Positions 27,070-36,797 of a DNA stretch of 64,000 bases are shown piece after piece. The notes under the pieces were generated by a model. It saw nothing but the letters and a program-made list of their open reading frames with translations. It was not told where the DNA came from and ran no database searches. The stretch lies in contig JBDRBT010000014.1 in NCBI GenBank assembly GCA_043822385.1, positions 164-64,163 of the forward strand, given 5' to 3'. The stretch is from Candidatus Micrarchaeota archaeon (GTDB lineage Archaea; Micrarchaeota; Micrarchaeia; Norongarragalinales; Norongarragalinaceae). The translations under genes were made by a program, and so were the position numbers. Each line of letters begins with the position of its first letter. Within the stretch, counting starts at the first letter, position 1.

Positions 27070-28029
27070 TTACAATCGCGCGGAGAGTTTTTCAATCATG
27101 TCTTTAGTCATTGACTGCAAGTCGTAGTCAGGCTTCCAACCCCATTCTTCTCGAGCAGCGCGGTCGTCAATAGAACTCGGCCACGAGTCAGCTATTGCTT
27201 GCCTGAAGTCAGGCTCGAAAGAAACTTTGAATTCCGGAATTTCTTTCTGAATAGCAGCAGTTATCTCAGTAGGAGAAAAACTCATTGCAGCTAAATTAAA
27301 GTCAGTCCTGTGTTTTAGTTTAGAAGAATCAGCTTCAGCTAAATCAATAATAGCCTTCAACGCATCAGGCATGTACATCATTGGCAACGTTGAATCTGAA
27401 CGCAAAAAACACTTGTACGGCTCTTTTTTTACGGCGTAATAATAAATTTCTACAGCGTAATCCGTAGTACCGCCGCCTGGAGGCGCAACGTTACTAATAA
27501 TACCTGGAAAACGCACTCCACGCACGTCAACACCGAATTTCTTGTAATAGTAATTACCGAGTAATTCGCCGTGCACTTTAGAAATACCGTACATAGTGCT
27601 TGGCTTGAGAATGGTTTCGTTAGGAGTATTGTTTCTCGGAGTTTCAGGACCGAATACAGCTATTGAACTCGGAACCATTAATCTCTCTAATTTTTTTTCG
27701 CGAGCAACTTCGAGAACGTTGTAAAGAGAAGTGTTATTCACGAAGTAAGCTAACTGCGGGTTTTTTTCTCCAACAGCAGACAAAATAGACGCTAAATGGT
27801 AAATAGTGTCAACCCCGTTTTCAGCAACGGATTTTTCAATTAATTCTTTTTTAGTAGTATCGATTACTTCACACGGTCCTGCAGCACTCCACTCGTTACT
27901 CACTTGCAAGCCTGAAGCAATCACGTTTTCCTTGCCGTACTTTTTTCGTAATTCGGGAACTAATTCAGAACCAATTTGACCAAAAGCGCCAGTAACTAAA
28001 ATTTTCTTCACTTGCAAAATGCACCCCAA
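27070..28029 (-). CDS. tdh: L-threonine 3-dehydrogenase, SDR/epimerase-like type
   Basis: KKILVTGAFGQIGSELVPELRKKYGKENVIAS, YGISKVHGELL, GGGTTDYAVEIYYYAVK, LPMMYMPDALKA. These strongly resemble the UDP-glucose-4-epimerase-like TDH family. The start is ambiguous (TTG 28029, TTG 28017 or GTG 28011, with GGGGTG nearby). Confidence 0.75.
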   Translation of the reverse strand: MGCILQVKKILVTGAFGQIGSELVPELRKKYGKENVIASGLQVSNEWSAAGPCEVIDTTKKELIEKSVAENGVDTIYHLASILSAVGEKNPQLAYFVNNTSLYNVLEVAREKKLERLMVPSSIAVFGPETPRNNTPNETILKPSTMYGISKVHGELLGNYYYKKFGVDVRGVRFPGIISNVAPPGGGTTDYAVEIYYYAVKKEPYKCFLRSDSTLPMMYMPDALKAIIDLAEADSSKLKHRTDFNLAAMSFSPTEITAAIQKEIPEFKVSFEPDFRQAIADSWPSSIDDRAAREEWGWKPDYDLQSMTKDMIEKLSARL

Positions 28030-28150
28030 GAATTTCTTAACGCATAATTCGAATAATTAAGGATAAAAAACCAATTCCATTCGCCGATTGTCGTTGTTAG
28101 TGCGTTTAATAAATTTTTGAAACACAAATACAAAGCAAGGTGATTTTATT

Positions 28151-29341
28151 TTGAGAAACTCCGCGTCTTTCCTTAAAGAAGAATACGATTCACTAGTAGC
28201 ACAAAGCTTGGATTGGAAAATAAAAAAACTCCAAGGCGCGTCTCAACCTCACTCTATAGTTGACGGAAAAAACGTGTTAATGCTTTGTTCAAATAATTAC
28301 TTGAATTTATCTAACCACCCTAAATTAAAGGAAGCTGCAATCAAGGCAGTTGAAACTCACGGTGCAGGAAGCGGGAGTGTTCGAGCAATAGCTGGAACAA
28401 TGGACTTGCACTTGCAACTAGAAAAAAAAATAGCTGAATTCAAGCACGTTGAAGCCGCTCTTTATTATCAAACTGGTTTCGCAGCTAACGCAGGATTAAT
28501 TCCGCAACTAATTGGTAAAGAAGACTTAGTAATAAGCGATTCATTGAATCACGGCTCTATTATTGACGGAGTACGGTTAACGAAGGCAGAGAGAGCGATT
28601 TACCAGCACTTGGACGTAGCTGATTTAGAAAGAGTTTTGAATGAGGCAGAAAAAAAACCAACTCCACCGCGAAGAATACTAATTATTACTGACGGAGTAT
28701 TCTCAATGGATGGCGACATCGCGCCCTTAGACAAGATTACTGCGTTAGCTGAAGAACACGGAGCAATGGTTTACGTTGATGACGCGCACGGCGACGGCGT
28801 TTTAGGAGAAAAAGGCCGCGGAATAGTTAACCACTTTCGTTTGGAAGGTAGAGTGCACGTGGAAATGGGTACTTTCTCTAAAGCGTTCGGAGTAGTTGGA
28901 GGAAGCATTGCGGGATCAAGTGACTTAGTTAATTTCGCGTTAAACAAATCCAGAACTTGGTTGTTGAGTGGTAGCGCGCCTTCAGCAACAACCGCAGCTT
29001 GCATTGCTGCTCTAGATGTTTTAGAAACAGAACCGGAACACGTTCAAAAATTGTGGGAAAACACTCGTTACTTCAAGGAACAATTAAAGCAACTTGGTTT
29101 CGATACGGGAATTTCCGAGACGCCGATTACGCCTGTAATGGTTGGCGAGAGCGCTAAAGCCAAGGAATTAAGCAACATGTTGTTCGAACTCGGTGTTTTT
29201 GCGTTACCAATCATTTTCCCAATGGTTGCTAAAGACAAAGCACGCATTCGCACAATGATGAATGCGGGACTCTCAAAGGAAGATTTGGATTTAGCGCTTA
29301 ATGCTTTCGAAAAAGCCGGAAAACAACTAGAAATAATCTAG
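28151..29341 (+). CDS. kbl: 2-amino-3-ketobutyrate CoA ligase (glycine C-acetyltransferase)
   Basis: SNNYLNLSNHP, GAGSGSVRAIAGT, DDAHGDG, GTFSKAFG (PLP lysine). 396 aa, TTG start with a GGTGA RBS. Confidence 0.85.
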   Translation: MRNSASFLKEEYDSLVAQSLDWKIKKLQGASQPHSIVDGKNVLMLCSNNYLNLSNHPKLKEAAIKAVETHGAGSGSVRAIAGTMDLHLQLEKKIAEFKHVEAALYYQTGFAANAGLIPQLIGKEDLVISDSLNHGSIIDGVRLTKAERAIYQHLDVADLERVLNEAEKKPTPPRRILIITDGVFSMDGDIAPLDKITALAEEHGAMVYVDDAHGDGVLGEKGRGIVNHFRLEGRVHVEMGTFSKAFGVVGGSIAGSSDLVNFALNKSRTWLLSGSAPSATTAACIAALDVLETEPEHVQKLWENTRYFKEQLKQLGFDTGISETPITPVMVGESAKAKELSNMLFELGVFALPIIFPMVAKDKARIRTMMNAGLSKEDLDLALNAFEKAGKQLEII

Positions 29342-29419
29342 CTAACCACTTTAACGGATGCAACAAAAAAGATAAATAACTAGAAAAAACACTTAAATCA
29401 AAGGCAAGGAGAGAAAAAA

Positions 29420-30541
29420 ATGTTGTTACCTAAAGCAAAACTAATGAACGCACAAAAAACTAAAACAATTAGAGAACAACACGAAAGCGGTGAAAAACTC
29501 ATAAGCAGTTTGTCGTTAGGAACACAACTAAAGTATTATCACTCAGTTAGGTTTCACGCGAAAAAGTGGGGTAAAGAGAACGGGATAAACATAAACAACT
29601 CAGAAGACCTGATAAGACTAAAAAGTAAAGACCCAGAATTAGGCGAAAACGCAGAATTAATCCGGCTCAGACAATTCCGCGCGAATGAAGCGCTAGGAAA
29701 ACTCGAGAAACAATTAACAGTACCACTAAAAAAAGCAAATATTATATACGAAGCTAATTTAGTCGCTCAACATGAAGATAAAGATAACGCGTTCCACGCT
29801 CAAGTTAATCATTTAAGCACGGAAGCTAGGGACTATAACTGGGAACATAATGAAAAAGACGTGAGAAATTACGCATTGAAATTGCTTGCTAAAATACAAC
29901 CAGAAAATGAAGAGCAGACTAGAGCACACGCTAACGCAATAAATGATTCGTTCTTACACAAAACTAATGCAGACGCAGCGTATACACCTACTTCGCGACT
30001 AATAGCTACTCAAGCAATCAACATACTGCTAAAACAAATAAACACTAAACACGGAAAACAATATGCGGATCCACTGCTCACACGCATTTTTGAAGGGTAT
30101 AAATCAAGCGTAAACAACGAAGACAAAGCAAAAGTAAAAAGCACGCAAACTAAAACAACCGTTTTAATGAAGAACTTCGTTAAAAACGCTAACTCTACGG
30201 AAATTAACAACATTCTGACTGCAATCAAAGAAAACGATTATCGCTTCGGCGAATCAGAAAACTACGGTAAACCCTCGCATGAAAAAGTAGATTCTTTTCT
30301 TAAAGCACTAGGCGAAGCCAGTGGAAAACACGGCTTAAAAGAAGAGTTCAAACACTCCTTGTTTGCGTTATGGAGCAAAGGCGCGTTAGGCCACCCTAAA
30401 GAAATAGAAAGCGAACTAAGGTACATGAAATACCCTTCAGGAATTAAAGAAGAAATAACCGACGAAGAAGACAAAAAAATAGCTAAGGCTTTAATGCAAA
30501 AATACGGACCTAAAAAAACAATGAAAGGCCTAGAATTCTAA
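29420..30541 (+). CDS. orphan helical Lys-rich protein
   Basis: 373-aa ORF between kbl and the HMG-CoA reductase gene. GGAG RBS. No motif recognised. Confidence 0.5.
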   Translation: MLLPKAKLMNAQKTKTIREQHESGEKLISSLSLGTQLKYYHSVRFHAKKWGKENGININNSEDLIRLKSKDPELGENAELIRLRQFRANEALGKLEKQLTVPLKKANIIYEANLVAQHEDKDNAFHAQVNHLSTEARDYNWEHNEKDVRNYALKLLAKIQPENEEQTRAHANAINDSFLHKTNADAAYTPTSRLIATQAINILLKQINTKHGKQYADPLLTRIFEGYKSSVNNEDKAKVKSTQTKTTVLMKNFVKNANSTEINNILTAIKENDYRFGESENYGKPSHEKVDSFLKALGEASGKHGLKEEFKHSLFALWSKGALGHPKEIESELRYMKYPSGIKEEITDEEDKKIAKALMQKYGPKKTMKGLEF

Positions 30542-30599
30542 CGTTCGTCAATCGACTATTTAGAAATCGCTTTAAATCCCGCGATTAAAGAAGGTTTTA

Positions 30600-31880
30600 A
30601 TGACTAGCAAAATAAAGTGGAGCGAATTCTACAAAAAGACCTTGAGCGAACGCCTCGATTACTTGAAGGAAAACACTTCACTAGACAAAGAAGACTACAC
30701 CGTTCTCGAGAAGTACGGGTCACTTGATTTTGATACTGCTAATAGAATGATTGAAAACGTAGTCGGCGTGCACGCATTGCCGTTAGGAATAGCAACTAAC
30801 TTCAAGATTAATGGCAAAGAAATGCTTGTTCCAATGGTTATTGAGGAACCGTCAGTAGTAGCTGCAGCATCTAAAATAGCTGAATTAACTCTACCGGAAG
30901 GATTCACTGCTTCAAGCACTGAACCAATAATGATTGGGCAAATTCAATTAACTCACGCAAGCGAGGATGTAGTAAAAAAAATTCTTTCAGCTAAAGAAGA
31001 ATTAATTACTCTAGCTAACTCTAAAGGCGACGTTATAATCAAGCTAGGCGGCGGAGTCAAAGACTTGGAAGCTAAAACGTTCTCAACTAGCAGGGGGGAA
31101 ATGGTTTGCATTTACTTGCACGTGGACGTTCGAGACGCAATGGGCGCTAATTTTGTTAATATGGCTTGCGAGACTCTAGCGCCTAAAATAGAAGAATTAA
31201 CAGGCGGCACTGCAGTTTTACGAATCATTTCCAATTTAGCAACGAAACGCTTAGTAAAAGCAAAAGCAACGTTCTCTAAGAAAGCATTGGAAGAATCATT
31301 CAAAGGAAAACCATTCACTGGAGAAGAAATAATAGAAAAAATTCTTGATGCTCACGCGTTTGCTGAAGTAGATCCTTACCGCGCAGTAACCAGCAACAAG
31401 GGAATAATGAACGGCATTGACGCAGTAGTTATTGCTACAGGTAATGATTGGAGAGCAGTTGAAGCTGGAGCGCATTCTTTCGCTTCCTTTTCAGGCCAGT
31501 ACAAGCCCTTAACTAAATACTACAAAAACAAGGAAAGTAATTTGGTTGGGGAAATCGAATTACCAATGCAAGTTGGTTTGGTTGGGGGAGCAACGCGCAC
31601 TCACCCTTTAGCTAAGATTGCTTTAAAAATGCTTGGCGTGAAAACAGCTAACGAATTAGGGGAAGTAATTGCTTGCGTTGGACTAGCGCAAAACGTGGCT
31701 GCGCTACGCGCTTTGAGTACTGAAGGAATTAGCCGCGGGCACATGCGTTTGCACGCTAACAACATTGCGGTTCTCGCAGGAGCAACCGGAGAACAAATTC
31801 AAATCATAGCGAAAAAACTGTATGAAGAAAAAAACGTTTCACTAAACCGCGCTAAAGAATTAATGAAGGAATTAAAGTAG
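30600..31880 (+). CDS. hmgA: HMG-CoA reductase, class II
   Basis: 426 aa. VIEEPSVVAAASK, DAMGANFVNMACE, GNDWRAVEAGAH, VGLVGGATRTHP. The size and EEPSVVAA motif point to class II. Confidence 0.9.
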   Translation: MTSKIKWSEFYKKTLSERLDYLKENTSLDKEDYTVLEKYGSLDFDTANRMIENVVGVHALPLGIATNFKINGKEMLVPMVIEEPSVVAAASKIAELTLPEGFTASSTEPIMIGQIQLTHASEDVVKKILSAKEELITLANSKGDVIIKLGGGVKDLEAKTFSTSRGEMVCIYLHVDVRDAMGANFVNMACETLAPKIEELTGGTAVLRIISNLATKRLVKAKATFSKKALEESFKGKPFTGEEIIEKILDAHAFAEVDPYRAVTSNKGIMNGIDAVVIATGNDWRAVEAGAHSFASFSGQYKPLTKYYKNKESNLVGEIELPMQVGLVGGATRTHPLAKIALKMLGVKTANELGEVIACVGLAQNVAALRALSTEGISRGHMRLHANNIAVLAGATGEQIQIIAKKLYEEKNVSLNRAKELMKELK

Positions 31881-31987
31881 CGTTCGCACATATTTTTAAT
31901 ATCTTGAGTTTGCTTCATCACTTACAGAAAAAAACACAGGCTCATATCTCGAATAAAAAATATTTTAAAAAAAACAGGGGGTAAAAA

Positions 31988-32947
31988 ATGAAGAAAAAAG
32001 TTGTTTCAGTCGGGTTTCCCACCATCCCAATTATTTTCGTTGCTTCAGTTGACGACAAACGCGTTCCTTTGCACGACACAATGGGACTGGCAGTAACAGA
32101 CTTAAATGAAGAAACGCGAAGCGAAACCACAATCACGGTACAACCCAAAGAAGAAGGCATAATTTTTCTTTTAGAAGGAAAACAAGTAGACCCCCGCAGA
32201 ACAACCGACATAGAAAAAATAGCTAGATTATTCATGCAAACCGCGGGAAAAGACGTGGGCTTGAAAATGGAGTCAAACAACTACAAAATTTACTCTGGCT
32301 CAAGCGATTCAGGCGCTGCAGCGCTAGTAGTAGGCTTAAATGAGTTGTTTGAAACTAATTTCGACAAGCAAAAACTAGCTGAACTAGGAAACCAAATTTC
32401 AGAAAGCGCTATTCGAAGCGTTTACGGCGGGCTGAACATGTATGAAGTATCTACAGGCACGCCGCACGGTTTACAACTAGCTTCAGAAAAAGAGTTAAAG
32501 GACATAAGAATCTTCGCTATGGGTTTTGATTACGAAACGCGCGTTTCAGCGCAGGAAATATTCGATATTTGCAAAGCCAGTCCTTACTGGCAAATGCGTT
32601 TAGAACGAGTGCCTTACTGGGTTAGCGAAGTTAAACAAGCTCTAGAAAAAAACGATTGGAAGCGGTTGTTCACTAAAGCTGAAGAAAACTGCGCCAACGC
32701 GCACTACTTAATAGAAAACGGGGGAAAACGCTGCAGGCGGAAAGAAATGATGAACGCAGTAATAGACGTGGAAGAAATTCGGTCAGCAGGATTGCCGGTT
32801 TACTGGACTGCTGGCGGGGGCCGCGTCATAAATTCGTTCAGCTGGGGGCCTCAAGCAGAACAAGTTTTAGCTGAATTAAAGAAACGCGGGCAAAAACCAA
32901 CTGAATACAAAGTAGCTAGTGGTGCCAAAGTAATAGAGGTAAGTTAA
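31988..32947 (+). CDS. MDD-fold GHMP-family kinase-like protein, candidate mevalonate 3-kinase
   Basis: 319 aa. VGFPTIPIIFV...RVPLHDTMGLAV...RSETTI, YSGSSDSGAAALVVGL, ISESAIRSVYGGL, WTAGGG. It shows diphosphomevalonate-decarboxylase-family motifs but is short and lacks the NIAxIKYWGK-type N-terminus, as I recall for Thermoplasma mevalonate 3-kinase. Confidence 0.55.
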   Translation: MKKKVVSVGFPTIPIIFVASVDDKRVPLHDTMGLAVTDLNEETRSETTITVQPKEEGIIFLLEGKQVDPRRTTDIEKIARLFMQTAGKDVGLKMESNNYKIYSGSSDSGAAALVVGLNELFETNFDKQKLAELGNQISESAIRSVYGGLNMYEVSTGTPHGLQLASEKELKDIRIFAMGFDYETRVSAQEIFDICKASPYWQMRLERVPYWVSEVKQALEKNDWKRLFTKAEENCANAHYLIENGGKRCRRKEMMNAVIDVEEIRSAGLPVYWTAGGGRVINSFSWGPQAEQVLAELKKRGQKPTEYKVASGAKVIEVS

Positions 32948-33876
32948 TGAGGGAAATAAAAATTCACAGCGTATTATGGGATTTCGGAGGACCAATACGA
33001 GATTCACGAATAGCTTTAAACGATGCGCACAACGCGTCGGTAGAAAAACTATTAGGCCGCAAACTCGATGAAAAAGAAAAATTCAAAGCAGACGACACGT
33101 GGAAAGTAATGGGGCTACCCAATTTTTCTCACGAAAGTGAAATGATTCCAGCGCTTTGGGCAATTAAAATAAAAGAAATAAAAGAAGGCGTAAAAGTACC
33201 GCCACTAACTCAAATACTTAAAATGGAAGACTCCGCCGGATTCATTAGAGAAATAATGAAGCGGTATAGTTTACTAGTAAAAGAAAAAAACGGCGAATAC
33301 GAGAAAACTAAAAAATTAAAAAGAGAAATAGACCGGTGGGGCAAGGTATTCAAAGCCGCATTGCAAGACAAAGAAAAAGCGCCGGTAACAAATGGGACCA
33401 GGGAAGCTATGGAAATATTAACTAAATTAGGAATAAAACAAGCAATAGTAACTAACGCTAGAGAAGACAGCGGAAAAGAATACATACAGACACACGTATT
33501 GCCTGCTGGCAACTGGCCGATAGTAGGCAGTGAAACATTCAAAGAACTAAAAAAACCACACCCCTACCCGTTATTAGCGGGTTTACATCTTTTACACAAG
33601 AGAACCACGCCTCCAACACCCCGGGACGTTAAAGAAAATGGAATAAACCTATTTAAAGAAATAAAAGAATTAACCGAAGGATCTGTTTACATTGGTGACA
33701 CTCCTGACGACGTTAGAGCAGCAAACGAAGCAGGGTTTATTTCAGTCGTTATGACTGAAGGCATGGGCAACTTACGGCTCTTAAAAGCCGCCAAACCAGA
33801 CTTAATAGTTAAGAATCCTGAGGAACTAGCAGAAATACTAAAAAAAAATAACGGGAAACTAAGAATAAACAGGTGA
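32947..33876 (+). CDS. HAD-superfamily protein 1 (motif I degenerate: DFGG)
   Basis: Motif I VLWDFGGPI, motif II AIVTNA, motif III KKPHPYP, motif IV VYIGDTPDDVRAANEAG. There is a large cap insert between motifs I and II. TAATG overlap with the upstream gene. Confidence 0.7.
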   Translation: MREIKIHSVLWDFGGPIRDSRIALNDAHNASVEKLLGRKLDEKEKFKADDTWKVMGLPNFSHESEMIPALWAIKIKEIKEGVKVPPLTQILKMEDSAGFIREIMKRYSLLVKEKNGEYEKTKKLKREIDRWGKVFKAALQDKEKAPVTNGTREAMEILTKLGIKQAIVTNAREDSGKEYIQTHVLPAGNWPIVGSETFKELKKPHPYPLLAGLHLLHKRTTPPTPRDVKENGINLFKEIKELTEGSVYIGDTPDDVRAANEAGFISVVMTEGMGNLRLLKAAKPDLIVKNPEELAEILKKNNGKLRINR

Positions 33877-33881
33877 CGAAA

Positions 33882-34718
33882 ATGTTTTACGCAGAAAAAG
33901 AATCTCTCTTACTTGCTACGGGATTAAGTTTGACACAAATAGCGGAAATAATTTGTGATTCACCAAAAGAAAAAACAATTGAAGAAAGATTGCAAACAAA
34001 ATCTAAAAAATACTTAGACCGGTACTTAATCATTAAAGAGTACAAGGAATTAACTAAAAACGAAAAAGTAGTTGAAGCTATAGTCCCCGTAATAGGCGGC
34101 TTGCCGTGCACTGGCAAAACAACTATTGCACGAGAACTAGGCGTACGCCTTGGTTTCGGCACGATAATCAGCGGAGATACAGTACGCGAATCACTCAGGG
34201 AACTAGTTTCTGAAGCAGAACACCCCGAATTCTTTACCAGCGTCTACGACTCGTGGAAATTCTTCGGAAACGAGCCGACAAAAGAAAACGTAATCGCAGG
34301 CTACCGCAAGCAAGCGGAAATTATTTCTCGCGTAATGCAGAAAATAATGTGGCGGGCGGCAATAAAAGACGGGGAAAACATGGCGATTGAGTACTTACAC
34401 TTTCTCCCTGAACTAATAGATAAGGAAATACTAGAACACCCGAGCATAATTCCCATAGTACTCGCAGTGCCAGACGTGGAATTACACAAAACTAACGTGA
34501 GAAAAAGAACGTACTTCCACATGAAAGGCGGGTGGCAAAGACTCTTGGATAACCTACCCCAGTACAGAATAATGCACGATTACCAAACAGCACAAGCAAA
34601 AAAATACGGAATCCCTGTAATCGAGTATTTAGGAAACACAGACGAAGTAATTGAACAAGTTCTCGATATTGTTTTCGAACGAATAAAAAAACTAAACAAA
34701 ACCAGTGGAAAAAAATGA
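33882..34718 (+). CDS. P-loop kinase of the 2-phosphoglycerate-kinase (COG2074) family, candidate mevalonate-3-phosphate 5-kinase
   Basis: VIGGLPCTGKTTIARELGVRLGFGTIISGDTVRESLRELV matches the COG2074 pattern. ATG 33882 is preceded by AGGTGA (33871-33876). The track start, GTG 33873, is the alternative. Confidence 0.55.
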   Translation: MFYAEKESLLLATGLSLTQIAEIICDSPKEKTIEERLQTKSKKYLDRYLIIKEYKELTKNEKVVEAIVPVIGGLPCTGKTTIARELGVRLGFGTIISGDTVRESLRELVSEAEHPEFFTSVYDSWKFFGNEPTKENVIAGYRKQAEIISRVMQKIMWRAAIKDGENMAIEYLHFLPELIDKEILEHPSIIPIVLAVPDVELHKTNVRKRTYFHMKGGWQRLLDNLPQYRIMHDYQTAQAKKYGIPVIEYLGNTDEVIEQVLDIVFERIKKLNKTSGKK

Positions 34719-35650
34719 CTCTATTAATACTAGACATTGATGAAGTTTTTCGCCACATGACTAAAGCAAACGCAACAAACAACGCTTTAAAGGAATACGG
34801 CGTCGAAATAAAGAATTTTGATGACAAAACCAGGGATGAAATACTTAATTTTGGGCGGGAAAAAAACAAGTTTTTCACTGAACGCGGACAAACTATGGGC
34901 ACGCTTTACGCGCTAGCTAAAAACAAAACAAACATTAAAGAATTACAGGAAATGGCTAAAAACAGCCCGAGTAAAGCAGAAGAAATAATAGAAACCGCTC
35001 GAAAAAACGTAAAGAACGAATTAACGCCGGAATTCGAAAAAGAACTAGGACAACGCTTCAAGGAACACAACTACCCCATGGAAGAAAAAATCCTAAAAAG
35101 CATAGACTTCGAGCACAAAAACGCTCTACAACGGTTGTTAAAAACGCATGACGCAATTTTTGTTACTAGCTCAGATTCAGCGTCAACGCGCGCCTGGCTC
35201 AACACGCACGGTTTCGAACAAATACCGTTAATCGGCAGGGAAGACGTTCCTCTTGACACTGAAGGAAAACCTAAAACAAAACCCGCACCCCATGCTTACT
35301 GGAAAGCACTAACTAAAAAGAGTTCGACCGGCTTGCTTATTGACGCGCCTAAAGAAGTGATTATAGTAGGCGACGCGAAAGGCGATATGGATGCGGCAGT
35401 AAACACTGTAAACGCGTTGAAAAAAAGGTTTAAACAAAACAAAATCAAACTAACAAAATGCCTGGTGTTAAGTGGAAAAACAGAATCAGAATTAAAGAGT
35501 ATTGCAACTGCAAAACCAACTCATGTTTTCAAGGATTTTACTGATTTTGCTGAACACACAGATAATCTAGAAAAACTGAAAACAATGCAAGCAGAAGGAG
35601 CTTCATTCAAAATAAGCTCAAAAGCAGTGGAAAGAATAATAGAAAGGTGA
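34715..35650 (+). CDS. HAD-superfamily protein 2
   Basis: Motif I LILDIDEVF, motif II AIFVTSSD, motif III GKPKTKPAP, motif IV IIVGDAKGDMDAAVN. ATGA overlap with the upstream gene. Confidence 0.7.
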   Translation: MTLLILDIDEVFRHMTKANATNNALKEYGVEIKNFDDKTRDEILNFGREKNKFFTERGQTMGTLYALAKNKTNIKELQEMAKNSPSKAEEIIETARKNVKNELTPEFEKELGQRFKEHNYPMEEKILKSIDFEHKNALQRLLKTHDAIFVTSSDSASTRAWLNTHGFEQIPLIGREDVPLDTEGKPKTKPAPHAYWKALTKKSSTGLLIDAPKEVIIVGDAKGDMDAAVNTVNALKKRFKQNKIKLTKCLVLSGKTESELKSIATAKPTHVFKDFTDFAEHTDNLEKLKTMQAEGASFKISSKAVERIIER

Positions 35651-35654
35651 GAAA

Positions 35655-36797
35655 ATGATGTTGCAACCAGAATTAGAAAAACAAACAGAAGAAACTACTC
35701 GCGCGATAATAAGCCGATTAAAAGAAATTGGTTGGACTGAACCAACTAAAACAACACCTAGCGCAACAGTAGACGGCGAAGCGTTAGTGGAAGCAAACTC
35801 TATTCTAGGAATAGAAAAATACTTGGGAATGGTTGACAAGAAACTGAGAATAGCTTACTTTTCTTCAATAAAATTAACAAATAACTCGACGGTTACTAGA
35901 ACGTACGTAAAGTTTGACGCTTCATTACAAGAAGACCTAGTATACATCGCTGGAAAAGAAGCTGGAGAAAAAGAAAGGAACAGAATACTAACCGCAGTAA
36001 ACGCTTACCGCGAATTAACCGGAATCAACAGCAAAATTTTATACGCATCTCAAAACACCTTCAAAGGCGGAAACGAAGGAAAAGGCTTAGGCACTAGTGC
36101 GGCGGCGGGCGCAGCCCTAGGCGCAGCACTAGTTCAAGCATCAATGCCTAAGCTTTTCAAGGAAACTTACTTTGTTGAATCAATAGCCCGGCTAGTAGCT
36201 GGCTCTGCCCCTCAATCAATAGCAGGCGGATTTTCAGTATGGCTATCAGATGCATCATACTTAAAAAAACCAAACGAATCTTACAGCGTTCGAATAGACA
36301 AGGGCGATTTCGACGTAAAACTAGTCGTCATCCCTATTCCTCAAGTTGCTAAAACTGAAGACGCGCACGAAGCAGCAGTCAAATCACCTCATTACTTAGA
36401 GTGGGTTAAGAAAAAGTGTTTCACAGTACCTCACTTGATGGAAGCAATAATCAACAAGGACTTGCAAGCAATAGGCGAACACGCTGAAGAAGACTCTCAG
36501 TGGCTAAACAAAATTATTACTACGGGCGGCGGAATAAACAACTGGGTTGAAGACACGGAATCTCTAAGACAAGCAGTAATAAACTTAAGGAAAAAACAAG
36601 GCTTGTTAGCTTACTACTCAATGGATACCGGGCCGTCAATAGCGGTTTTAACGAACGCGCATGACGCGGAAGCAGTGAAAAACGGTTTGGAAGAAGCACT
36701 AGACCGGAAATACGCGGGAAAAGCATTTATTGCTGAAATGGGTGGCGGACCAAAAATCCTAGATCCCAGCAAAAAAACTGAATTAATACGTACGTGA
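35655..36797 (+). CDS. diphosphomevalonate-decarboxylase-family protein, candidate mevalonate-3,5-bisphosphate (or phosphomevalonate) decarboxylase
   Basis: 380 aa. ANSILGIEKYLGMVDKKLRIAYFSSIKLT (cf. NIAxIKYWGKxD...SxSxTL), GKGLGTSAAAGAALGAAL, ARLVAGSAPQSIAGGFSVW, YYSMDTGPSIAVL. AGGTGA RBS. Confidence 0.65.
   Translation: MMLQPELEKQTEETTRAIISRLKEIGWTEPTKTTPSATVDGEALVEANSILGIEKYLGMVDKKLRIAYFSSIKLTNNSTVTRTYVKFDASLQEDLVYIAGKEAGEKERNRILTAVNAYRELTGINSKILYASQNTFKGGNEGKGLGTSAAAGAALGAALVQASMPKLFKETYFVESIARLVAGSAPQSIAGGFSVWLSDASYLKKPNESYSVRIDKGDFDVKLVVIPIPQVAKTEDAHEAAVKSPHYLEWVKKKCFTVPHLMEAIINKDLQAIGEHAEEDSQWLNKIITTGGGINNWVEDTESLRQAVINLRKKQGLLAYYSMDTGPSIAVLTNAHDAEAVKNGLEEALDRKYAGKAFIAEMGGGPKILDPSKKTELIRT

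Noticed and set aside
30541-30600. Short hairpin AATCGC-N10-GCGATT between the 373-aa orphan and hmgA, considered as a terminator or riboswitch-like element
   Set aside because: It is only a 6-bp stem with an AT-rich loop that contains a TTTAAA box. It is more simply a promoter region, and there is not enough structure to call an RNA element.
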